Part shown: positions 9,707 through 17,875 of the stretch, piece after piece
How positions within the stretch are numbered: position 1 is the first letter of the stretch
Layout of the letters: every line of letters starts with the position of its first letter
Source of the DNA: a virus
Lineage: Duplodnaviria > Caudoviricetes
DNA: 64,000 nt
Strand: one strand, 5' to 3'
Virus record (IMG/VR): IMGVR_UViG_3300048881_000780
The notes under the pieces: generated by a model
The model's input: the letters and a program-made list of their open reading frames with translations, nothing else
The model's database searches: none
Told to the model about the DNA's origin: nothing
Position numbers and translations under genes: made by a program

Positions 9707-10225
9707 CTATTTCAGTGCTTTTAACCAGGCGTTTTCATTAGTTATTTCGATATTATTTTTTTCTTCAATGACTATCCCAAATAGATCATAGAATTCCTGA
9801 TCTGTTTGTTCATACCAACGATCTGACACAATATTTACCGTTTGATGAAATTCCTCTTCACTTGGATCTAGGTCTTTAAAATGCAACTCTTCTGGTAAAT
9901 ATTCACTGGCCCATTCAGATAGAGAATACTTATTGTCAATTCCATTGTGACAAAAGAATCCCGATTCCTCTCCGTCATCAGTATAACCAACGATATTTCC
10001 AATATATTCTAATTCCTCATTGATAGCGTTAATTACTCTATGAAAGTTTCTCCATTGGTCCATATCAATATGAGAAATTTCTGCTTTTATATCAAAGATA
10101 AGATCTTTATTTTTAGGTAATGGTGACTCTTTTCTAAACCAATTTGTTATAATCTCTCTTGCTCGATCATACGAATATTGGTCTTTAAATTGGATTTTTC
10201 CATTCCAGTAACTATATCTTGCCAT
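9707..10225 (-). CDS. Hypothetical protein, family B
   Basis: Paralog of 31592 and 11217 (W.G...F.D..S...A); C-terminal NAWLKALK. Confidence 0.75.
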   Translation of the reverse strand: MARYSYWNGKIQFKDQYSYDRAREIITNWFRKESPLPKNKDLIFDIKAEISHIDMDQWRNFHRVINAINEELEYIGNIVGYTDDGEESGFFCHNGIDNKYSLSEWASEYLPEELHFKDLDPSEEEFHQTVNIVSDRWYEQTDQEFYDLFGIVIEEKNNIEITNENAWLKALK

Positions 10226-10237
10226 AAATACCTTTAT

Positions 10238-11203
10238 TTAATTAAGAGAGTTCAGCCATGCATTTTCTTTTGATGCTACATACTCCCGATATTTTATATT
10301 TTCATATTCTTTGAAATATAATTTTTTATATCTTTTTTTTACAATTATTTCACTTGGACCATTTTCGCAGAAGGCCTCTAAGTTTCCATTATCAAATGAG
10401 AATCCGTATAAATCTAAACTAATTAAAGAGTTTGTACCTCTTAACATCTGGCGAAAATCCGCAACTCTGTCTGTAATGAAACTTGATAAATTTAAGCTCC
10501 CAAGAGCTCTAGTTTTGCAAAACATACTGTTCATATTGGTAACGCTGGAAGTATCAAATTTTGATAAATCTAAACTCGTTAGAGAGTGGGCATCATGAAA
10601 CATGTAACTCATATCTAAGACATTGGAAGTGTTGAAGCTAGAAAGATCTAAATCAACGAGTGAGTATGTATCACAAAACATGTATCTCATATTGGTGACA
10701 GATGAAGTGTTAAATGATGATAAATCTATTTTTGCAATCGAGTATATATCGCAAAACATATGGCTCATATTTGTAACAGACGACGTATCAAATGACGATA
10801 AATCTATTTTTACAAGTGATTTTGCATTAACGAACATATGACTCATGTCGGTAACATTTTTTGTTACCCCTCCCGCCAATGAGGTTAAGTTGTAACAACT
10901 AGAAAACATCTTATTAAAACTAGTCCAATTACAGTCACCTAAGTCTATGACTTCTAAAATACAAGGTCTTGACTCATTTTTAAAATTTATTGATCCGATA
11001 TCTCCCGTAATTTTTATAGTGTACTCTCCCTCTTTGTCATATAGATGGTTACAATTAAGGGAGCCTTTGTATCCTGTTTGACTGATATTTCCATCTCCCC
11101 ACTCAACAAAGAGGAATTTCTTATCATCACTTGAGTTTTCTATAGAAAAAGAGAAAGACTTTAGTTTATCTATTTTTATTTTAAATATAAATGGTTTTTT
11201 CAT
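10238..11203 (-). CDS. BspA/DUF285-type LRR protein (~7 repeats)
   Basis: VEWGDG domain, LRR repeats; C-terminal NAWLNSLN. Confidence 0.85.
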   Translation of the reverse strand: MKKPFIFKIKIDKLKSFSFSIENSSDDKKFLFVEWGDGNISQTGYKGSLNCNHLYDKEGEYTIKITGDIGSINFKNESRPCILEVIDLGDCNWTSFNKMFSSCYNLTSLAGGVTKNVTDMSHMFVNAKSLVKIDLSSFDTSSVTNMSHMFCDIYSIAKIDLSSFNTSSVTNMRYMFCDTYSLVDLDLSSFNTSNVLDMSYMFHDAHSLTSLDLSKFDTSSVTNMNSMFCKTRALGSLNLSSFITDRVADFRQMLRGTNSLISLDLYGFSFDNGNLEAFCENGPSEIIVKKRYKKLYFKEYENIKYREYVASKENAWLNSLN

Positions 11204-11216
11204 ATTAATTTACTTC

Positions 11217-11741
11217 CTATTTTAGAGACTGAAGCCAAGAGTTAATTTTAGTATCCCTGTTTATTTCAAGGAAGTCTTTTTCATTTAGATTTAACCAGTG
11301 GTCAATAATTTCTTCTTTTATACTTTTAATTTCACTCTCGCTCTTTTTAAAACTCAGATTTAACCCCTTAGTTCTTCCCCATTTTTTAAGGTGACAAGTT
11401 TTGTATTGACCGTTAAAGATTATATTTCCTTGAAAAATATTCATCTCTTTTCTATTGCAAACGCTTTTTATAAAATGACTGTCACTTAGAGTGATTATTT
11501 TTTTCAGCGAGTTTTTAAATTTTTGAATATTTTTAAGAAAGTTTTTATCGCGACTATTTAGTTTTTTAATTTCCATTCCTAAATTAAATATATACTCATT
11601 ATTTAATTCCATTGTATGAATATTACTAACTAAAGATGAATCAAAATTATCCCTGAATATAGATACGGCCATATCTAATTTCTTTTTCGATATAAATCTC
11701 AGAATTCCTGTGTATACATACTTTGAATCTACATTATTCAT
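11217..11741 (-). CDS. Hypothetical protein, family B (divergent)
   Basis: YTGILRF...AVS; C-terminal NSWLQSLK. Confidence 0.7.
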   Translation of the reverse strand: MNNVDSKYVYTGILRFISKKKLDMAVSIFRDNFDSSLVSNIHTMELNNEYIFNLGMEIKKLNSRDKNFLKNIQKFKNSLKKIITLSDSHFIKSVCNRKEMNIFQGNIIFNGQYKTCHLKKWGRTKGLNLSFKKSESEIKSIKEEIIDHWLNLNEKDFLEINRDTKINSWLQSLK

Positions 11742-11750
11742 AAATAAATA

Positions 11751-11767
11751 TTAACACATATTGTCAA
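11751..11767. promoter_or_regulatory. 17-bp palindromic operator
   Basis: TTAACACATATTGTCAA. Confidence 0.8.
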
Positions 11768-11907
11768 TTAAGTATATCGATATCTATCCATCAGAGTGGT
11801 ACTCGATATATGGATAAAGTGAATTTCCCCCTATCACGGTGAACTAGAGATAGTACTGTATCTCCTGTGGACCAATGAAAGAGAATTTAAATCTGCTTTA
11901 AACAAAT

Positions 11908-11995
11908 AAAAAAGGGACTCTTTCGAATCCCTTTTTACACACACATACACACACATAAGGAGTAGGAGATTTGACCTAGAAGTGGTCGTTCCTAC
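11908..11995 (-). ncRNA. Putative 88-nt GU-rich sRNA, copy 1
   Basis: TTGACG-17-TATTAT promoter; 5' hairpin; UCCUU(AUGUGUGUGU)2 linker; GNRA-loop terminator with U-tract; duplicated at 26318-26405. Confidence 0.75.
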
Positions 11996-12013
11996 AAGTT
12001 TATAATATCGGCC

Positions 12014-12030
12014 CTAACGCAGGCCGTCAA
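12014..12030. promoter_or_regulatory. 17-bp operator overlapping the -35 of the GU-rich sRNA promoter
   Basis: CTAACGCAGGCCGTCAA. Confidence 0.65.
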
Positions 12031-12189
12031 CATATAAATCACATATATTTTATTTAATTACTCTATTTTTTAGTGATATTTATCAGTTAAACCTAGTAAC
12101 TTAAGAAGAATTTATTCCCTATAAGTCTTTGAATTTTGGCCGATACATAAGAAATACAAGAAAAACTAAAAAAATACATAATTTAATTA

Positions 12190-12218
12190 TTGACGCAATA
12201 TGTTAACATTGGTACTAT
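12190..12218 (+). promoter_or_regulatory. Sigma70-type promoter with embedded operator
   Basis: TTGACG-17-TACTAT; operator TTGACGCAATATGTTAA at 12190-12206. Confidence 0.8.
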
Positions 12219-12224
12219 AGTATT

Positions 12225-12351
12225 AAGAAATGAGCTGGCCACACACCAGCAATACTCACACTTTCAAAGAATTTAGAAAGAGTTTTTCTTGGCTTAAATA
12301 AGGGCACACTTAGGATTTGTGACCCTGGGATACACACCTGGGGTCACTTTT
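12225..12351 (+). ncRNA. Putative ~127-nt CA-loop sRNA (partner 1)
   Basis: Promoter; GCTGG-CCACACA-CCAGC hairpin; terminator GTGACCCTGGG-ATACACA-CCTGGGGTCAC-TTTT; no sizeable ORF. Confidence 0.65.
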
Positions 12352-12555
12352 AAGATTGGTACAAAATGAAGAATCTAATTATATTTTCCCTAGCGATAAT
12401 TTTAACATTTACGATATTTTACAAAGTATCTTGTCCAGTGGTGGAAATGGTCAAGGGAACAAGTTATGAAAATTTATTCTCCCCTTGCCTTAACTACTGT
12501 AAATTTCTAGATAATTTAAATTAAAATACGATAAGCTAATTACAGGAGCTTATTT

Positions 12556-12843
12556 ATGATCAACGTAAAAATAGAACTGCTAGCATTTGATGAAGAAGAG
12601 CGTTTTAGAGAAATCCAGTTCAAAGACGAAAATTTCACTCTTGAGGATATTTTTATCCAAGGCCAGAGTCACGGTGGACCAAATCGAGATTTACCCTCTG
12701 CGAGTGCAGGAGATGTAATTCATTTAAATGGGAAATTGATTCTTATTTCTAAGATAGGTTTTAAAGAGATCGATCAAGAACAGTACGAAAAATATAAAAA
12801 TATTCCAAGAAGAGATAGAACTTTTTATAAGTTTGATAGTTAA
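12556..12843 (+). CDS. Hypothetical protein
   Basis: AGGAG RBS; S.S.GDVI motif. Confidence 0.7.
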   Translation: MINVKIELLAFDEEERFREIQFKDENFTLEDIFIQGQSHGGPNRDLPSASAGDVIHLNGKLILISKIGFKEIDQEQYEKYKNIPRRDRTFYKFDS

Positions 12844-13025
12844 CTTCTTTTATTCTTTAATCGTTCTATATAGGATTTTAACTCATCGATTCTACCATTA
12901 GATATTCTCTCTCTTGTGTTGGAGTTTTCTTTTAATCTCTTGATCAATTCTACAAGTTCTTCTTTCTTTGTCATAAGCTCCTCTACTTTAATTATATACT
13001 CTTTCAAAGTGATACAATCTTCCTC

Positions 13026-13054
13026 TTGACACGGTACGTTAAAAAATATATAAT
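13026..13054 (+). promoter_or_regulatory. Consensus promoter with embedded operator
   Basis: TTGACA-17-TATAAT; operator TTGACACGGTACGTTAA at 13026-13042. Confidence 0.85.
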
Positions 13055-13072
13055 TTAACTACAGGGGGCATT

Positions 13073-13300
13073 ATGAATTTAAGTCTAAATCAAAAGATCA
13101 GTATCAAGGGTGAACTTGCAAAAAGGGGAATTGTCTCTCTCGCTGCTATGAATACTAAAAAAGAAGCCATTCACTATTGGAATATGGCATATGGAACAAG
13201 TATTCTTAAATTCTTAAATCCTACTAGATATAAGACTCTTCGTTTAGATATCAGAGGTCCTTCTTTTGGGATTGATTATCTTCAAAAAATGGCATCATAA
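13073..13300 (+). CDS. Hypothetical protein
   Basis: RBS AGGGGG; downstream of a consensus promoter. Confidence 0.7.
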   Translation: MNLSLNQKISIKGELAKRGIVSLAAMNTKKEAIHYWNMAYGTSILKFLNPTRYKTLRLDIRGPSFGIDYLQKMAS

Positions 13301-13566
13301 TGAAAGATTTAACTGATTACCAAAAGAGAGCTCTAGAAGAGCATAAAGAGTCCCTTACTGAACTTGGGTATACCCATCGAGGTGAAGAGGTTAAGGACGT
13401 CATTTTCGAGGTTCTAGATACCCTTGAGAGAAGATATAAGTTTGATCTCGAGATAAATAACGACTTAGAAGATGAAGTTGAATCAATAATTCATCAATAT
13501 ACTTTAGAGAAGTTAATTGAACTTGAAGAATTCAAGAAAGTGCTCAAATCGAGGACTCTTAAATGA
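13300..13566 (+). CDS. Hypothetical protein
   Basis: Coupled ORF. Confidence 0.7.
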   Translation: MKDLTDYQKRALEEHKESLTELGYTHRGEEVKDVIFEVLDTLERRYKFDLEINNDLEDEVESIIHQYTLEKLIELEEFKKVLKSRTLK

Positions 13567-13997
13567 AAACGAGATATCCAAGTATAGATAAAATTTTAAA
13601 AGAAATTAAGAAGCCTACTTTGATCGCAATAAATAAAGATCCCAATATCTCTAACGAAGAAATTTTAGACGATTTCTATGAAGTAGTAAGTGATCCAATG
13701 TGTGAAATTAATGAACTCTGTGATTTAGAGCTTATTATTGAGCGCAAGAACTCTGAGCCTCGTGTTTTAGTTAGGATTGTAGATGAACAACTAGAAATTC
13801 AGCTACTCGATAGTTGCGATCGCTGTGCTGGTACAGGCCAGAGTATGGAGATGGTGTGCTATGGGGATATGCCGATTGAAAAATATGGAGACTGTCCCGA
13901 TTGTGAGTCTACTGGATTTATCTATCCCTACAAAAAAGAGCTAAAACCTAAGGATGAATTACACCCTAATTTATGGATCAGATCTCTACTGTCCTAG
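13563..13997 (+). CDS. DnaJ-type zinc-finger protein
   Basis: CDRCAGTG...CPDCESTG; C-terminal NLWIRSLLS. Confidence 0.7.
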   Translation: MKTRYPSIDKILKEIKKPTLIAINKDPNISNEEILDDFYEVVSDPMCEINELCDLELIIERKNSEPRVLVRIVDEQLEIQLLDSCDRCAGTGQSMEMVCYGDMPIEKYGDCPDCESTGFIYPYKKELKPKDELHPNLWIRSLLS

Positions 13998-14046
13998 AAA
14001 TTACAAAAAGCTTGACGCGCTAAAGTACGTAATATAAATCCTAGTA

Positions 14047-14346
14047 ATGGATTATTTAATTAGACGCCTTGATTTTAAAATCAATAATTTACAAGAATAC
14101 AAGAAATTAGATGACTTCTTGAAGACTTTAAACTCTCCCTATGTGGAAGTCCCGATTGAGGAGAATTCTGACTCTCTAGGGATTCAAAAAATTTGCTCAT
14201 ATTGTAAAGTATCAAAGGATGCCACTAAGGAATTCTTCTTTAAAGATAAATCACGAAAAGACTCTCTCTCTTGCATTTGTAAGGACTGTAAAAGAATGGC
14301 CAATAGTGGTCTAAGTGTTGATGAAATAAGGGCCGTAATTGAGTGA
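14047..14346 (+). CDS. Zinc-finger protein (type found at the N-terminus of phage HNH proteins)
   Basis: KICSYCKVSK...FF.KD...CICKDC. Confidence 0.65.
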   Translation: MDYLIRRLDFKINNLQEYKKLDDFLKTLNSPYVEVPIEENSDSLGIQKICSYCKVSKDATKEFFFKDKSRKDSLSCICKDCKRMANSGLSVDEIRAVIE

Positions 14347-14347
14347 A

Positions 14348-14551
14348 TTACAGTAAGAATCCATTTATTTTAAATTCATCTATAATCTCTTGTCTTAAAT
14401 CACTTTCAGTATCTTGACCTAGTATTTTATGATCTAGAATCTTCTTAATATTTTCTCTCTTAAGAGCAATTTCCTTTTCAACGCTCTTAACTTCTTTCTT
14501 TTGTTCCATGGCCGAAGTGTTTATTGCTAGTAATAGAATAAGAATTTTCAT
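14348..14551 (-). CDS. Small putative exported protein
   Basis: MKILILLLAINTSA after a GAGG RBS. Confidence 0.55.
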   Translation of the reverse strand: MKILILLLAINTSAMEQKKEVKSVEKEIALKRENIKKILDHKILGQDTESDLRQEIIDEFKINGFLL

Positions 14552-14591
14552 AACAACCTCATATTGCAGTCTTTTTGTGTGTACATATATT

Positions 14592-14608
14592 TTAACACTA
14601 ACCGTCAA
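14592..14608. promoter_or_regulatory. 17-bp palindromic operator
   Basis: TTAACACTAACCGTCAA. Confidence 0.8.
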
Positions 14609-14659
14609 CTTTAACAAATTACTCAAACGCCTGATATAATATAAACAGGAGTTTTATTT

Positions 14660-15310
14660 ATGAGTGAACCAAAATCCTTTTTGATGGTCTATGTAGTGGG
14701 ATTAGTAACTGCATTATTAGTTATTCTCATCATTTCTATTTTATTTATCTTTTTCTATAGGGCCATTAGAGATAGGAGAAAGTATACCTGGGAATACGAG
14801 GTGACTCCTTGTGGATGGAACTCTCCTCTATTAATTAAATTTAAGACTAATTTGACCTATCTGGAGTCTCGCTACAAATGGGATATGCACTTATCTAAAT
14901 TATTTAAAAACCAAGCGAAAGAGCAAGAAATAGTGTTAAGAAATCCATACCACAATCTTAACTTGAAAATATTGGAGACACCATTTGAGGTGCTCTCAAT
15001 TAATAATTCAATAGTTGAAAAACCAGACCATTTTGAATGGTATTTAACCTCGGCAAATTTCTTTGGGGCGATGTATTTTGAATTTAACTTACACTTTTCA
15101 AGAAATGATCTCTTAAATCTTGATTATAGTGAAATACTCAAATTGATAAAAAGTGACGTTCCAAATGGCCTTAAAAAGAAACTCCAGGTTAAGGAGTATA
15201 TAGAACTTAAGATAAGAGATCGTATGGGAATTTTACCGATGGTAAAAGTTAGTGAACCTAGGGCCACATATTATCGAGATCGGTTCAAATATTATCGGTT
15301 TCGTAATTAG
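14660..15310 (+). CDS. N-terminally membrane-anchored protein (paralog of 43131)
   Basis: TM helix; shared NPYHN..LK.LE. Confidence 0.7.
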   Translation: MSEPKSFLMVYVVGLVTALLVILIISILFIFFYRAIRDRRKYTWEYEVTPCGWNSPLLIKFKTNLTYLESRYKWDMHLSKLFKNQAKEQEIVLRNPYHNLNLKILETPFEVLSINNSIVEKPDHFEWYLTSANFFGAMYFEFNLHFSRNDLLNLDYSEILKLIKSDVPNGLKKKLQVKEYIELKIRDRMGILPMVKVSEPRATYYRDRFKYYRFRN

Positions 15311-15753
15311 GACCATTTATCTTTATAAAAGTAGTCCGGAGTAATAGACTTTAGATACTCGAGTGATTCGTCTGAGAATAGTTGGTAGTTTTCGTGATAC
15401 TCTTTTAATTCATATGGAAGCTCTTTAAAAACTTTATAACTATTTATTCTCATCTTTGATAAGTTATCAACTTTAGAGCTTATTACAGAGCCAGGCTCTT
15501 CAATTGTGTAAGAGTAATCACCCTCTTTATTTTCATTATTTAATTCAATTATATAGTATTTATCTTTTATTTCTTCACCACCAAAGTAATACTCCTCTAC
15601 TTTTACTTCGTATTTAGAGGCCCTATAGGCCCTCGCAACTAATTCACCATTAAGTAAGGCATCTTCTCTCTTTGTGTGAATACTTGCAATATATGTATGA
15701 CCAGTCTCTTCGTTTCCCCAACGACAAAGCCTAGCGATATAGAGACTACTCAT
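15307..15753 (-). CDS. Hypothetical protein
   Basis: ORF in an operon. Confidence 0.7.
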   Translation of the reverse strand: MSSLYIARLCRWGNEETGHTYIASIHTKREDALLNGELVARAYRASKYEVKVEEYYFGGEEIKDKYYIIELNNENKEGDYSYTIEEPGSVISSKVDNLSKMRINSYKVFKELPYELKEYHENYQLFSDESLEYLKSITPDYFYKDKWS

Positions 15754-15931
15754 TATAGTTGGACCTTTTATGTTTTACTTTTCTAGAGTATTTTTTCTTA
15801 TCTTTTTCTACTCTAGTTGGCTTTGGTAGTACGCGAGGTTTATACATACTCTTATATAATAGTAAACACTCCAAGCACTTGTTCTTTGGAGAGGATTTTC
15901 CATTATATTTAGGATGTTTCTTGCATTTCAT
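15746..15931 (-). CDS. Small basic Cys/His protein
   Basis: CKKHPKY...CLEC; KKKYSRK.KHK tail. Confidence 0.6.
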   Translation of the reverse strand: MKCKKHPKYNGKSSPKNKCLECLLLYKSMYKPRVLPKPTRVEKDKKKYSRKVKHKRSNYNE

Positions 15932-15944
15932 GATTACATTATAA

Positions 15945-16190
15945 TTATTTAAGGTTATTTATAAAATCCGATATTTTTACATTTGCTTTATTGTTAACAA
16001 AGCTATCAAGAGTTAAGAAATTCGTAATATCACTAGTGTCTAAATCTAGTTTATCGGCAAGAGTTGATTTCGCTAGATTATTATCTTTAAGATATAGGGC
16101 CAATTTCTCTTGTTCTATAAATAGCAACTCATAATTCGCTAGAGAATCCATGAGTCTATTATCTATCACTTTTCCAAGTACACTAGCCAT
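15945..16190 (-). CDS. Possible XRE-like helix-turn-helix protein
   Basis: YLKDNNLAKSTLADKLDLDTSDITNFL. Confidence 0.5.
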   Translation of the reverse strand: MASVLGKVIDNRLMDSLANYELLFIEQEKLALYLKDNNLAKSTLADKLDLDTSDITNFLTLDSFVNNKANVKISDFINNLK

Positions 16191-16779
16191 TATTCCTCTC
16201 TAGCTCCTTGTATATTTTTGAAACGTATTTAATTTGGTGAGAACAGTCATCTAGTCCCTTGTGGGCAGTTCCTACAAACTTCATAGTTTTCTTTGGATCA
16301 ATATCTAAAATACTTTTACCCAAATCAACCATAGTTCTAACATCTCTATAATGTCTAAAGTGAACAGGACACTTAGCTCCAACAGCTTTATAGGCATTCT
16401 CGATCCAAACACAGTCTGCACTTGAACCATTTCCCCATAAAGTAGCGTGATCAACATCGTGCTCTTTTAAACACTCCTGAAACCAATTATTAAAGCGCTC
16501 TAAGACAAATGGTAGTTCTAATCCCGTTTGAATGGCACTAACGAATACTTCGTTAACTGCATCTCTATCTTGAGTGAGCCACCACTTTACAGTCTCTCCA
16601 GCAACATCAAGACCATGTTTAACGGAAGAGGCAGGATCAACAAGCATTGTAAATCTACTTAAGTTCTTTCCTGTTTTTATATTGAACATAATAGCTGAAA
16701 TTTCAATTAATGCTGGTTTATCAGAGTCTCCATCTAGGCACTCTAAATCTATCATACAGTCTAGTCTATTCATCTCCAT
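16183..16779 (-). CDS. DEDDh 3'-5' exonuclease (exonuclease VIII / Rv2179c-like)
   Basis: MIDLECL, WGNGSSAD, RDVRT, H..LDD..HQ. Confidence 0.85.
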   Translation of the reverse strand: MEMNRLDCMIDLECLDGDSDKPALIEISAIMFNIKTGKNLSRFTMLVDPASSVKHGLDVAGETVKWWLTQDRDAVNEVFVSAIQTGLELPFVLERFNNWFQECLKEHDVDHATLWGNGSSADCVWIENAYKAVGAKCPVHFRHYRDVRTMVDLGKSILDIDPKKTMKFVGTAHKGLDDCSHQIKYVSKIYKELERNNG

Positions 16780-16919
16780 CCTCTTGTTTGTAAGCGCAAT
16801 GATCCCATGGGCAGGGTTCAGTGCAATATGGACATTTACTCTCTTCTTTAACTTCTTCTTTGATTTTTTCTTGGTTTTGTTGTGTGTTCATATTGATATT
16901 ATATATCATTTTCTCAATC

Positions 16920-16936
16920 TTGACAAACCGTGTTAA
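16920..16936. promoter_or_regulatory. 17-bp palindromic operator
   Basis: TTGACAAACCGTGTTAA. Confidence 0.8.
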
Positions 16937-17076
16937 ATACAAGATTACACAACAATGTAAAAATAATGATTTAGGATGAACTGATTGAGAATACACTAGA
17001 TAGTAATATTAGATCTTAGAAAATTTGAAATGGTAGAATATATAGAGATAATGTAAGTTAATTATCTAGTAGAAGG

Positions 17077-17098
17077 ATGTCCTCCACTTGGAGGACAT
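17077..17098 (-). terminator. Hairpin downstream of the oxidase gene
   Basis: ATGTCCTCC-ACTT-GGAGGACAT. Confidence 0.55.
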
Positions 17099-17105
17099 TG
17101 TATTT

Positions 17106-17717
17106 TTAGGCCACGGCCTTATTATTTGCCATTCGAGCGCAGGCCCTAAGCATCTCACAGTAAATATCAGCAGATAATTCAATATTCTTCTTTACTCCCT
17201 CTGTATCACCAAGAAGCTCGACGGCCTTAAAGGCACTCTCTAAGTGATCTGGGTCCTCTTCTGAGTGAACAATAATGAATTTAGCACATCTCTCTCCATG
17301 AGCATTTCTAACATCTTCTACTAGTTTCTTATCTACGTAGGCCGCGAATCCCTCTAGTGCTAGGGCCCAACCAAATGGTGCAATTCCATCAGATTCTAAA
17401 GCGATTTTTCTTTGAACTTCATATACTTTCTTCGTTTCCATAAGTTCTGGGTAATTCTCTATACTCTCCCCCATTCTCTTGAGATCTCCCATTGCCAGGT
17501 TTTCATGACCCGCTTCTTCATCAGCGTGGGCCAGCCATCTCTTTTTTAATTCTGGAATCTTGGCACATTCACTAAAATGCCTAAGAAGTGATTCCGATTG
17601 AGATGAATAGTAGTAGGTTTGAGCAAGAAACCACTTGTAGACCTCTGGGTTTGTTAAATCTACTTCTCTAACTGTTGCGATCATCTTTTGTACATTCGCT
17701 TCAAGTAATTCTTTCAC
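17106..17717 (-). CDS. Heme-oxygenase-like (iron-containing redox enzyme) diiron oxidase
   Basis: H..EE.GHE, ALEG, H.EED..H ligand pattern. Confidence 0.8.
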   Translation of the reverse strand: MKELLEANVQKMIATVREVDLTNPEVYKWFLAQTYYYSSQSESLLRHFSECAKIPELKKRWLAHADEEAGHENLAMGDLKRMGESIENYPELMETKKVYEVQRKIALESDGIAPFGWALALEGFAAYVDKKLVEDVRNAHGERCAKFIIVHSEEDPDHLESAFKAVELLGDTEGVKKNIELSADIYCEMLRACARMANNKAVA

Positions 17718-17875
17718 TTTGTCTCCTATTTAAATATATGTTAAATAAATACATTTTATGCCAGCTTGTGTAATTATCAAAATACAGGCACTTATGACTA
17801 TTATCATTATAACATTCGTATATAAAAATTGCTTATTTACTGCAAATTTCATTTAGTTAAAGGTATAGTCGCGCT

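Noticed and set aside
5252-10841. Antisense ORFs over LRR genes (5252, 7204, 7984, 9253, 10311, 10623)
   Set aside because: Shadow frames of repetitive coding sequence on the opposite strand
4884-11203. Diversity-generating retroelement acting on the LRR genes
   Set aside because: No reverse transcriptase and no template/variable repeat pair differing only at adenines was seen
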